Assembly (NCBI GenBank): GCA_000165425.1
Contig: CT867988.1
Coordinates: 155,370 to 219,369, forward strand
Reading direction: 5' to 3'
DNA from: Paramecium tetraurelia
Taxonomy: Eukaryota
DNA length: 64,000 nucleotides
Part shown: positions 12,500-24,648 of the stretch, in pieces
Layout of the letters: each line of letters opens with the position of its first letter
Numbering within the stretch: position 1 is the stretch's first letter
Made by a program: the position numbers and the translations under genes
Notes under the pieces: generated by a model
Database searches by the model: none
Told to the model about the DNA's origin: nothing
What the model saw: only the letters and a program-made list of their open reading frames with translations

Positions 12500-13286
12500 A
12501 TTAAAAAATTCAAGTTTTCTTGTATTATTTCTCATTTTGAATCCTCATAATATTATGAATTGAAGACTAACTTTTATATGATACACTTTAACAATGGATA
12601 AATACAAAAGTTTGTTATTATTAATCTCACTAAATTTTGATTTGACATTCTTAAAATTTATGATTTGGAAATGTAAATATTCCGATCCTCTCTTGAGAAG
12701 TAAGTGTGCAAATTAGTTGATATAAGATTTCAGTAAAATCTTTAACATGACTTTTAAATAAGATGAATAAACACTTCTACCTTTTTTGTGTATTGACTTT
12801 AGTAATTTCGACTTGTTTTAATAAAATATTTTATTATCTTTATAATAGATAAAAATTTACTCATTTAATACATTTCGAAAGCCTTTATCTAAGATTCTAA
12901 ATCTTCGAGAGTAATAAATATTCTGAGAGGAACAAATCTTTCTAGTTAAATAACATTTTTATTCGCTTATAAACCTTCCTTTTAGCCAAATTTACTAATT
13001 GAATATCATATAGGCCATCTCATTAATTCAGTTGGAACACATATTTCTTTGAATATTTTCTTGGAAATTAAGGTCGCACATTCTCTTGATAATACATCTG
13101 CTATAAAAACTTTATTTTCTAAGAAACTATTTTGCTTATTCATAAAATCAACTGCTCTGTTGAATTTATTGAACTTTAAATATTCAGAATCTGATTTATT
13201 CTAGATATTGAGTCATTATAAATTCTATTTTAAATAATTATCATATGATTGATATTTCTACAGAAGATTGAAATAGTTATATTCAT
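12500..13286 (-). pseudogene. Candidate decayed gene remnant
   Basis: Long coding-like frame (KFNRAVDFMNK..ADVLSRECATLISKKIFKE..LERFVPLRIFITLEDLE) interrupted by in-frame TGAs that canonical GT..AG introns do not remove; no clean start. Boundaries approximate. Confidence 0.35.
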
Positions 13287-13587
13287 TTTATTTATAATTA
13301 ATAAGCTAATTAAATTTGGTTATTGAAGTATCTAAAATCTAATAAAGTTTTAGGCTTCAATGCTGTCAAATAATAATTAGTCGACAATATAAGAGATTTA
13401 GTTTAATGATTAATTTTTGAATACTGATAATGGATTTCCATTCCCCTCTTAAACCCATTTATATTTATATTAATAGATAGTATTATAAAATTTAATATAA
13501 ACTTAGAAAGATGCCTAATTTGAAGCTCATTTATTCATTATATTACTTATTTTGTTAATAATAATTATATTTAATGACTTTATGATT

Positions 13588-14637
13588 TCATAATTAAACT
13601 GCTTATTTTTGGAATATATTTTAAGCCTTGTTGACATCACCTGTAGTGAACAAATTTTATAGATTGTTGACATCTAATTTCTATAATAAATTAAACAATT
13701 TTAACTTAATGTTCTCCTAACACCGAATCATCAACAACAAGACTGTAATTTCCATAATATTAGAGGATCTTTTATACTTTATTAAGATTATCACCACCTG
13801 TAAATACTGTATTATATCCTCTCTCCAATCCTCCAACAACTATTTCCATGAATCAATCATTTATACCAATAGAGAAGTTTGTAACAGTTTAAGGATCACC
13901 TGATATGATAACATGTTGTGATCCAGATACCTTTTCACTCAATTTCACCAAGTCTTAATAGGAATAACTCTATAATTGTCCATTCTTGATCACAGCTGTA
14001 ATTGGACCTGTGCTTGATGGAAGTGAAAGCCTATTAAAATTTCTTGAGGCATAAACTAGAGATTCCTAAATATTCATTATTTTATACTCTGAATTTATAA
14101 GTGCCTGGGTAAGAATAGAATCCAGTATGAATTAACCATTTAAGATTGCTAAATTTACTACTTTTTAGAATCTAACCAGATTAAGCTAAAAAATAAATAA
14201 ATCAAATTTATTACTCTATGAAGTCTCTGGCACTAGATTATTAAGTACTTCAATAAATTTAGTTTCGCCTATCAATTGATTTGGAGAAAAAACAATCCCT
14301 TTAGGATTGACAACTCCAATTGTATTTTCAATTTCATTTTGATCATTAGATCTGAATGGTATTACAGTAACTCCAGCTTTTGCAGCTCCCACAAAAGCAG
14401 CAGCTGCTTCACTAGTGTTCGATCTTCCCAATAAGAATAATAATTTATCCCCTTGTTTCCAGCCTTGCTCTATTAATCCATATGCAAAGGCACTTGAATG
14501 GGTCTCAGAATACAATTAACCATTACATCAAATTCTCCAAATGTCCAAGTGAGATTTTAATTCTCAAATCTGAATCCATTTTTCAGAGGATTGGCTTTAG
14601 CCAAATTTGAGAATCCTTATTAAATGGATCGTAACAT
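13588..14637 (-). CDS. Truncated AMP-binding/acyl-CoA-synthetase-like protein, probably mitochondrial
   Basis: MLRSIQQGFSNLAKANPLKNGFRFENQNLTWTFGEFD..SSAFAYGLIEQGWKQGDKLLFLL..AAKAGVTVIP matches the ANL N-domain. About 310 aa, no C-terminal catalytic subdomain, presequence-like N-terminus. Confidence 0.8.
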
Positions 14638-15528
14638 TAATTATATAATAATTATTATAAGTATATATTTTTAATATGTTTGAGAATTAATGTATTTGAA
14701 ATAAATTTTTATTTTAAAAGAGACTTTCAAACATCATAAAACTATTTTTTAATTTATAATCATTATGTTTGATATTTAGTGTTAATTGACTAAATTATTA
14801 TTATACCTGAATAACCATATACTATAATGACTTCAATTTATATAAGTATTTATTTATTAAAAATGCTTTACAATTATGAAATAAAAATGATTGTTTAAAA
14901 ATTCTATGAGTGACCTTACAATAATGAATAACAAGATGTTTCATATTTATTTTTTCATTATTATAAATGACCTTTATCAACAATTAAATTAAAAATCTCT
15001 AATTTTGAGCTTTTAAATTATTTATAATACCTAAAGATTTAAACACCTCTTATTTCTGTTACTCTGTTATAATTATTTTGAAAAACCGTTTAGGATGCCT
15101 AGAAACACCTGATGATATATCGCGGTACTATTACATTTATGCAATATGTATTAAGGACTGACGAAAATTACATTCGTAATAATCTAGAAGGATTGCTAAA
15201 CTTAATATTAGCCGATACTTGATATTCTTAGTCCATCAAACAAATAAGAATAATGATATTCTAGTAACTTCATTGAATTGAATCCAAATAAATTTAATTC
15301 ATTATGATCAGTATAAAATATTAGTACAATTCAAAATTAAATATCAACCCTATATATTATAATATTAGTAAAAATGGTATAATTCTTTCCTGCTAAAATT
15401 AATTACAGCCTGTTGTGAATATTAATTTCTTAATAGTGGTTGAAATCAAATTAATGTGGTCGATTTAAGTTAATTACTTAAGAATACACTCAGAATCGTT
15501 TTAATTAATTAATCTTGTTTTTATTATA

Positions 15529-18500
15529 ATGAAAAGGTTCCTTATAAAAATAAAGGCATTTTATATCAAAGACTTCTTATATATCAAAGAATCTAGAAGG
15601 ACAACGTATAAATTAGCTGTTGTGTTGATAGTCTTCGAAAACCTTTAAATGCTATCAATTTACACTCATAATTTGAATACCATATAGTATGAACAATTTC
15701 CAAATGAGGTTAAATCCATGATGAATTATTTTAAGTAAATCAAGTAATCTTTATATAAGGGTATACACTTTATTTGCAAACTCTATTACTTCCAGAATTA
15801 TAAGTGTGATTATTGGATTTTCAATAAAATCGTTATTGATGGTTAAAATTCTTTTTTTAGTATTACGTTAAGATTAATCTCTAAATTAGAAGTTAGCTCT
15901 TCTTGATTTACCATTAACACAAGTAACAAAAGCAAATATATTAGAAAAAATCACATTATCATTTTGAGGAATGTTGGTTATCAACCTTGCTTTCTTGGTA
16001 CTTTTAGATTAATCTTGAGGTTCTATAAATACCATTGCTTTTTTGTGCAGTTAGCCTAATCACAGATTTAATTAGTCTCAGTACAAGTTATTTTTATATA
16101 GACAATTTAACCGGGTTTGAAGATTTTGGATTGCTTCTAAGCTTCATCTTAATAATCTAATAATTGTTATTAGGAACCCTCCTACATGTTCATTAATTCG
16201 AATACAGAATAAAACATTATGACTTTTTAGGTTTAAAAAAAAGTGTAAATAATGAAATTCTATATTTACTGAAACTATTGTAATATATTCTTATCAATTT
16301 AGTATGATATTTTTATCAGGAAGTATATCAAATGCAGTTTTAATTCAAACTCTAGGATTAATTATAAATAGTATATAGACTTTGTTTTCCTATAAATAAC
16401 TAACATACATTGATCATAGAGTACTGAATATCTCCTTTCAAATTAACTCACTAATATTGCTTTATCAGCTTGCATTAATACTATGTTAATTTGGATAATA
16501 CTAAATCAAAATTAGCTTATCACTTTTAATTCTTTTATTTTATCCCTTGGCTATCTTTTTACTACATTAGCTATCGATTAGATAAGAGTAGAGGAATGAT
16601 TTTAAAGACTAATAAGACTTTTTAAAAAGGATGTATTGGAATGCCAAATTATAGGTTTAATTTAAAAAGAGATAGTAACATTAGGATTAATAAAGACTAT
16701 TTTAAATATATACAATAGTAAGAACACATCTACAAACTTGTAAATAAATCAGAATGAGAAAAATATTAAAAAAAACTAATTATACATAGAAATGCTTTTG
16801 CTCAAGTTTTTAAAATCAAAACTCTATATAGAATATTGAATAATGTAAGGAATTTTTGAAATTATGGTTGGGTCAAGTAATAGAGGATGAGTTAAAGGAG
16901 GATGGCGCTATTTAGAAAACATCAACATATATATGTTATCTAAATGATATAAAAAAGGCACCAATTTCTGCAATTTATGAAGTGATTAGAATTTCGAATG
17001 TCGAAAAAGTATATATTTTTGATTACATAGCTTCCTTGGAGATTTTAGTAGATTATACACTAACTTTAGCAGAATTCATTATAAAGATTTAATAAATTAA
17101 TATAGAAGTAAAATTTAGTTAATTAAATATTTGATTTTAAAAAGGCTTGTTTATTTGAAGAATCATTAAAAGTTTTAAAACTGAACTTCTTTCTTATCGT
17201 CAAACAAGAAATTGTAAACATTATTATAAATATAAGGAATTTTATTAAGTGCTCTTTTCTCCCATCATAAATGCAAAAGATATTTAGGATAAAGGATTAG
17301 CGTTACTGGCCAATATCAACCATTTAGAAAATTAAATTTAATATATTTTCAGGACGAACCCTTAAAATGGAGAATGCGACACAATTTATAAGTTATTTCA
17401 AAAATACATAAATTATAACAAGAAAAGGAAATAATAATATAGAAGGGATGGCTAATTGACGGCTGAGTTTATTCAATCAGTGGATAAAATTATATATGAT
17501 TAACATAGCTGTGTAGTTTAAATTACTTTGCTACAACCAAGAGGGGATGTAATTAGATATACAAGATCGTTTTAATAATTAATTTAGTTTAAAGATGATG
17601 AGATATTGAATTAAAACATAAAGAAGTTTATACCTTCAATTATTGCAAACGGTCATGATTAATATTTAAATAATTTTGTTGAGACTGGAAGAATTAACGT
17701 TTTAAAAAGAGAATTAAGAATAATTTTGGTAAAATAAAAATCAGAATTTGTTATTCCTATCAATACTAGATTGAGAATTGAAGTAAATCCCTTGGAATTT
17801 GGAGCATAGGCTCTTATGACATCAGTTAACTAAACATATGGTTATTTGATGCTTAATGAATAAGGATAAGTTGAAGAAATAACAAAGAATATATATGAAG
17901 ATACTTTTTAATAATATTTAGGGTTAGATCTGGATACTGTTAAAGGTTTAGATTTTTTACTTTTGATCCCTGAATTATCAAAGATTTGGTAAAATTTATT
18001 CGATGAAAACTTCGATAAATTAGACTTATATTAAGAAGGAGAGTTGGTGATCCCAATCATCGAAAAACAAACTCATTCATAAATTTTTTCATAGAAATAT
18101 GGAAACAAATAATAATACAACAAACGATTGGGAGATTATATGAAAAAATTTCCTGAAAATGCCATTAAAACTCAAATTAATTTCCATCTCACAAGTCTCA
18201 CTACGATAAATTTAAGGTAATGCTTTTGAATATTAAATAAATAGAGTAGTAATAGTAGAAATTCCAGAGTATCGGTAAACTATTAACAAATAGTATTAAA
18301 ATTCATTAAAGCTAATTTAAGTTAAGCCTTCTAAGTCACAAAATAATGTCATTTATCAATCAGAATTGCTTAGTCATAAATCACCTTTGTATACTCCTGC
18401 TCCATCTAAAACCTTGATGAATGAATGTGATTTAGAATATGATTATCTAATTGAAGAGAAAAGAATGATAGAAGAATTCAGAAATTAACTAGCATCACTT

Positions 18501-20430
18501 ACGAGGAATAACTCAATTTAAAATACTTACCTGAAAGCACCTATAATTTAAGAATAATAATGTTAGATCTCAACAGATATTAAAATTATCATGCCTTAAA
18601 ATATTACATCCCGCAAAGGTGATGAGTTTGAACAGAAATAACATCAACAATAACATTTCTTGAAATCTATTGACACTAAGTCTTCTTAAAACAATAATAA
18701 TACAATTAAATAATAAATAAAAAGTTGCTTAAAAAACAATAAAAAATTGAATTTTAGGATTAAATCTTTTTTATTAATATTTTATTCACTATTACTAACA
18801 GGGTTTATCCTAAATTTTTGCATTTTGTTAATTAATTTTGAAAAGGTCGATAAAAATGTAAATTTTGAAGATTTGCCCTATCAGCTCTCTTACTATTACA
18901 ATGAGTTTGTTATTTCAAAAGTTTATCAATCATAAAACGAGTTTAATTTTAAGAGTCTCCTCCAAGTTTCAATAAATTATTACTAACAACATTAGAAATA
19001 TATTGATGAAATATTATCTTTAATGCCTTCAATTAATATAATAAATGAATAAACTGTGAAAAGAAGAACTACAAATCTTCTATAACAAATGTCGGAGGCA
19101 TATCATAGCAATTCAAGTATAACTGGTGATGATTTCTTTAATAACACATAGGCTTTTCATATTCTATTAGATAAATTTGCTGGATTTAATTCCCTTTTGT
19201 AAATTTAAAGTCTCCTTAATCTGTAACATAATAATAAAAATATTTAGGTTTATTTTTGAAGAAGTAATAATATTTTTACTATTAATCTGTTTTGCTTATT
19301 TTTATATATCGATTCTAAAGATGAAAGCATCATTTTATAAATTATTCTGTACTTTTTCAAGAGATTTTATGAAAGATTAATTTATCTAATTTCAGGCATT
19401 GCATAATTAAATAAATCAATCTAAATTTAAAACAAGTGAGACTAACGAAGAATCTTTTGAAGCATCTATGATAAGTCAATATTAAAAAAATTCAAGATAT
19501 GGAAATCTAGAAAACCATGTTAGAATTGGTAAATAAATTTAAACTCCATGTAATCAATATATTTATATTTTTAGAGATTAGTTTAAAATTGTACATCTTC
19601 ACATTTACCATTTTTATCTTCTTTTCCTTTTATTCATTATACTATTTTGGAACTTACTTTATGTATAAACAGGTTCTCAGCAGTATAGAATTATATGATT
19701 CTAAAAGAATATATTATGAAAATATAGCAAATGATTTAATTTTTGCTTACGCACAATAAGCATTTTACTACAATAAAACAATTACACAAGAAATGATTTA
19801 ATATGAAGATAAAGTCTTGGGTGAATTTAAATAAAGAATTTCATAGATCTCATAATTCTAAGACTAATCAAATCTTCTAATCAATAGAATATTATTAGAT
19901 GAAGTTTGTATAGTTTATCAAGAGGGAATGTAAAGCATAAATATGTATTTAGTGTTTTACTGGATACTGATTATTAGAATTTATTTACCTTTGAACAGTG
20001 TCAATCTATATCTTCACTATCAAAAGGTTTAATTTTTGTGGTTTAAGAGTTATTTTAAAACTACAATGGCATTGTAGAGGATATTGATTCCAAATATTAA
20101 AATGAAACTTTTACATTTTCCAATTTATAGCTAGTTGATACATAAATAAAGAGGCTATATACACAATTTAGTTTTTAAATTATTATAGAAATTTTAAGAA
20201 AAGATGTTAAATATTTCATATCCTCAACAATTTATATAAATATATTAACTTTTGTTATAGCAATTATTTTTGCTACTATGACAATATTAATTGCTAAATT
20301 ATCAATTGAAAAGGCTTATTAGTAATACTAAGACAATAAAAAAATATTAATGTTGTTTCCATATGAAAAACTTATGGAAAATGCATATGTTATTAATTTT
20401 ATAATAAAGGATTTGAATATTTCCGTCTGA
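15529..20430 (+). CDS. Large multi-pass membrane protein with central PAS domain (TmcB/TmcC-like ciliate family)
   Basis: ATG 15529; N-terminal TM bundle; PAS-type NIKKFIPSIIANGHDQYLNNFVETGR..KSEFVIPINTRL; further TMs; C-terminal MLFPYEKLMENAYVINFI; frame restored by several 22-25 nt introns; TGA 20428-20430. Confidence 0.8.
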
Positions 20431-20774
20431 TATTATTTATATTGCATTTGAGTAAATTATTAATATACCAATAAATATTTATGTTTTACTATCATAACTG
20501 AAAAAATTGTAATGCTTTCTTTATACTAAGATAAGGAGTTGAATAACAATTATTAAGTCATTTTTACTATCATTAGTATTCCTTAGAATTTGAAAATAAA
20601 CTAATTTAAAATCTAAACAATTATATTATTTTCTATTGAGAAAGATATTTTTTTTCATGAAAAATTTATTGTTAAAATATTTTTTTAATTCATTCATAAA
20701 AATGCTTCTATTTGATTTTTATATATGTATTTGGCTGAGATTTAGTTTATATTTATCATTAATATAATTAATTT

Positions 20775-21338
20775 ATGTCATCAGATTCGGATTAGCATAA
20801 AAAGGAAGAGGCAAATCGGATCTATGTGACAGGATATTCAACTAAAGAATCAGAAATGGATATTAAGAGTATATTCGCAAGACATGGAGAAATTCAGGAG
20901 TTTTCATGGAAAGGACGCTTTTGTTTCATCGTAAGACGTGGGAGTTGGCATTAGGGTGCAGGCTTATACCAAGCCTGAGGACGCAGCAGATGCTGTTAGA
21001 TTGATGAATTAGTAGGAGGTCAATGGAAGAAATTTGATTGTGGAGCTAGCACGAGCAAAGAAAAAGGATGGAGCCTGTTATTAATGTGGGAAATAGGGGC
21101 ATTTGTAAGTGAAATGAATATAATTTTAGTGCTCGAAATTGTCGTTTAAATAGACGCTCTTATTCTGACTCCAGGTATGAGAACATGTGACATTAGGCGC
21201 CATTCAAAGAAGAAAAAAAAACATAGAAAGCATAGATCATCAAGCTCTTCCTCGAGTAGTGAAAAGAAAAAATCAAAAAAGAGAAAGAGAAAGAGCAAGA
21301 GCTCTTCTTCAAGTTCTCATTCACGTTCAAGTGATTGA
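20775..21338 (+). CDS. SR-like splicing factor: RRM + CCHC zinc knuckle + Ser/Arg/Lys-rich tail (SRSF7/RSZ-like)
   Basis: RIYVTG (RNP2), KGRFCFI|AY (RNP1), NGRNLIVELAR, CYQCGKQGHFARNC, S/K/R-rich tail; three introns. Confidence 0.9.
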
Positions 21339-21397
21339 TAAATAAAGATTCAAATATATTAAAAATCATAAGTAAATTATATATACATATATAATTG

Positions 21398-23898
21398 TCA
21401 TTCCTAAAACCTTTGATTGGTAATATGGGATAAAATAGTAGTCATGGTGCGATCCTCATTTGTATTTTTCATGTCTTTTTTGAAAGTTGGCATTTTGGAT
21501 AGATTTCTCTTAATATTTTATTAAGTAGTGTCATTATCTCTTATAAACAGTCGTTTATCCACTAAAATATAAAAATTGATGATTACAATCAATGACTCCA
21601 AAGCATTTTTCATTTTGCATAAGTAAATTGCTTTGAATCATAAAGGTTTCCAAAACCTTGTGTCCAAAAGTCACAAATATTCTAACAGAATCTTCAGCAC
21701 AGAAATTGTTGATCTTCTATGCAATAACATCGCTTTCTTGTCTGACAAAGGTTTTGATCTCAGTCTGCATAACTCTCGTTTTTAAGAACATGTCATTTAG
21801 ATTTACAGTCTTAAAACAGGAAGCCTTGCTTGATGTAGTGCCATTGTTCTCTTTGCATTATGGTGATAAAGGTTCTTAACATAACAATTTTCGTTTAGGT
21901 TTTTGGTTATTAATAAAAAATTAGTAACAATTATCTGACAAAAAGGGATCTAGCGATTATACATGAACTGAGAAATTCCATAACATAGTTGATTGATTAA
22001 TTCTATTAATTTCTAATTTAGATTTCACTACATTATGTGCTCTATTCTTAGAATCAATTTTGACACCATCTAATATTTATAATATTAAATATACCTGGAC
22101 ATATCATTGAGTAGTCAAGTTAGAAGTTATTTTTATTTGGAACATAAATTAGGATATGATATTGATTAATAAGACTGTAATAATCTGGTATCATAGGGAT
22201 ATTAAGTATTTAACCAGTTGAATTGGCTAAAACATCAAAATCATAGGAAACTTATAAGAATCCTTTTCGTTAAGCATGGACTCTAACTTACTTGAACATC
22301 AATCCAGGACAATTAAACAATCCCTATTCATTTGTTATACCAATAATAGGTTCTTAATCAGCTTAATCTGATTAGAACACTTCCAATCTACAATTTTCAA
22401 TGTCTTTATGTTATCCACTTTTTAGTAGAATATTGTAAACTCTAAATTAAAGGGTAGTTTCTACACAACTTACTAAATCGAATACAATTTTCACATCTGT
22501 ATTTCCTTATAAAAAGATGGTCCTCTTTTAAGAAAAGCAATCCTTTTTTGAAACATCAATAACATATTCTTACTTGTCTCTTCCATAAAATATAAATGCC
22601 TATTCATTAGCATCATAGGTTAATGTTTCAGTAATGTTCTTAGTAATATTAATAGTCGCATCTTCAGGAGCTTTGACAATGCATTTAATAAGATCTGTTC
22701 TTTCCACTCTTGTAGACACATATACAGTATCAGTGTTCTCATCTAGTAATTCATCTACATTTAATTATGATTTAGTAGTTTGTATGCAATTCCCACTTAT
22801 TTCTATTTCATATGAATTTGTTTACTAAACTAAATCAATAAATTTAGCCTCTTCAAAACAGGTGATTGGGATTGTCTGAGAAAATAATTTAACAGTGAAT
22901 TTCTTTTCTGGTGATTAAACTTTCTGTTTTTAACCAGACAGATCAATTTATGAAACATTAGTTTAAGTCATCCATGCCTGAGATTTTGTAGGTGAAAAAT
23001 AAACTCTTACTGACTTTTCCATATCTCGAATATTTTCTGTGCTTTTGTAAATATCTAATTTAGACGCACTCTTCTAACCACTACTTGCTTATTAACAAAA
23101 TGAAGTCCTTATTACAATCTACTTTGTTGGAGTTTAAGCTGATTACAAAATAGTAGGTGCTTCTCTCTAACGGACAGTCACCTAAAGTCCTTCCAAAATG
23201 CTTTTTTGCATTCCATCTTCACAAACTGGAACCACATGTTTGATTGGACAATCAACATTAACTGTTAAATTAAATTTCTTTAAATGCAGCCATACCAAAT
23301 CTCCAATCAATTTAGGTGTGATTTATTCTTTTGAAAATTGACGGGAATACAAAACTACTGTATGAACATCTTGTTAGAAAAGTTGAATCTATAAATAATG
23401 ATCAGGATGATTGATTTATTAACGAAACAACTTGATGAATGGAAATCTAAAATATATTTCGAAAACAAATACTTTCTATTGATTGTTTGTTTTATTTCAT
23501 CCAAAAGATCATAAAATGCTTCTTTTGTCTCATCTACACCAGTACTCTTAAACTTTGGATTATAACAACTCTATATTGAAACTGCGATCTGATTTGACTT
23601 CAACGAATCAAACTCACTCAGATTAGCAAATGAGGCTTTCTCTTATAATGATGCCAACATATTTCTTAATAATTCTTTGTATTGCATTGTAATCTTAGTT
23701 GTGGTGGCAGGTACCATATTGTCATTAAAAAAACTACACTCATTCACATTCTATACCTAACTTTAGACTTGAACTTAAATCTATTTGGAGATTGCTAAGA
23801 ATTTATACTGCTGGTTGTTTAGAACATAATTTTATAATTGATCGTTAAAAAATTAAAAGATGTTTTTGCGGGGTTTATAAACTCTATTTTCTTAACAT
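21398..23898 (-). CDS. Uncharacterised protein of about 790 aa
   Basis: Long code-6 frame with several micro-introns, ending in TGA at 21398; no recognised domain; start codon uncertain. Confidence 0.65.
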
Positions 23899-24648
23899 AG
23901 TTTAATTAATTACATTAACAATGTAACATCCTTGATCAAAAGGATAAATAACATTGTGTGAATAGGTTCATTCAATCTTATCTGATTACAATCCATGATC
24001 AATAATTAGTAGAAAAATAAGTATTATAAATTTTTATCAAGTTGCCATTACTACATTCTTTATAGTCTGTTTTATTATGATTATGTAATTATATTATTTA
24101 TGATACCGGTATGTTTTGTTATTAATAATCAATTTAATTACCAGAATGCATTTTTTATTATCATTCTATTATATTGTTAGTGAATGATAACAAAGGAAGA
24201 GTGAATATGAGGCGAATTTAATTTTCATTTCGCTCCAAGATTTTAATATAACAATTTGTTATTTCTTATCTACAATCTTCGATTGAATTTATTCTTATAA
24301 TATGTTCTACCTACTACGCAAAAATATATTCATTTAATTATATTAAAACACAAACATTTAAGAAATTTCATTATTTTAATCTAATCAATTGGATCTCCCA
24401 ATTATCGAATAAATTAGTTTAGCTTTTGCAAAATAATTTTCATGAAATGAATACAATTGAGATCAATGGAGATTGCAATTAATTTAATATTTAAAGTAAT
24501 ACTTTTATAGATTTTCTTTTAATTAAGCTTAACTTATCGGAAGTTAAAGATGCATATATTAACTCTATAAATAATTCCGAACTTATTTTTTAATCAGATT
24601 GTTGATCGTATTGTATTAAAGTAATTTATTAAATTTGCACTTAATTTT

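Noticed and set aside
15105..15165. Box C/D snoRNA-like TGATGA...CTGA pair
   Set aside because: Only about 52 nt, imperfect box C, no terminal stem and no convincing rRNA-antisense element; such pairs arise by chance in AT-rich DNA.
15529..17240. Apparent pseudogenisation, TGA readthrough or retained IES in the 5' half of the PAS membrane gene
   Set aside because: All apparent stops and frameshifts I examined resolve with the correct frame and canonical 22-25 nt introns (e.g. gtaaatcaagtaatctttatataag, gtaacaaaagcaaatatattag, gtaaacattattataaatataag).
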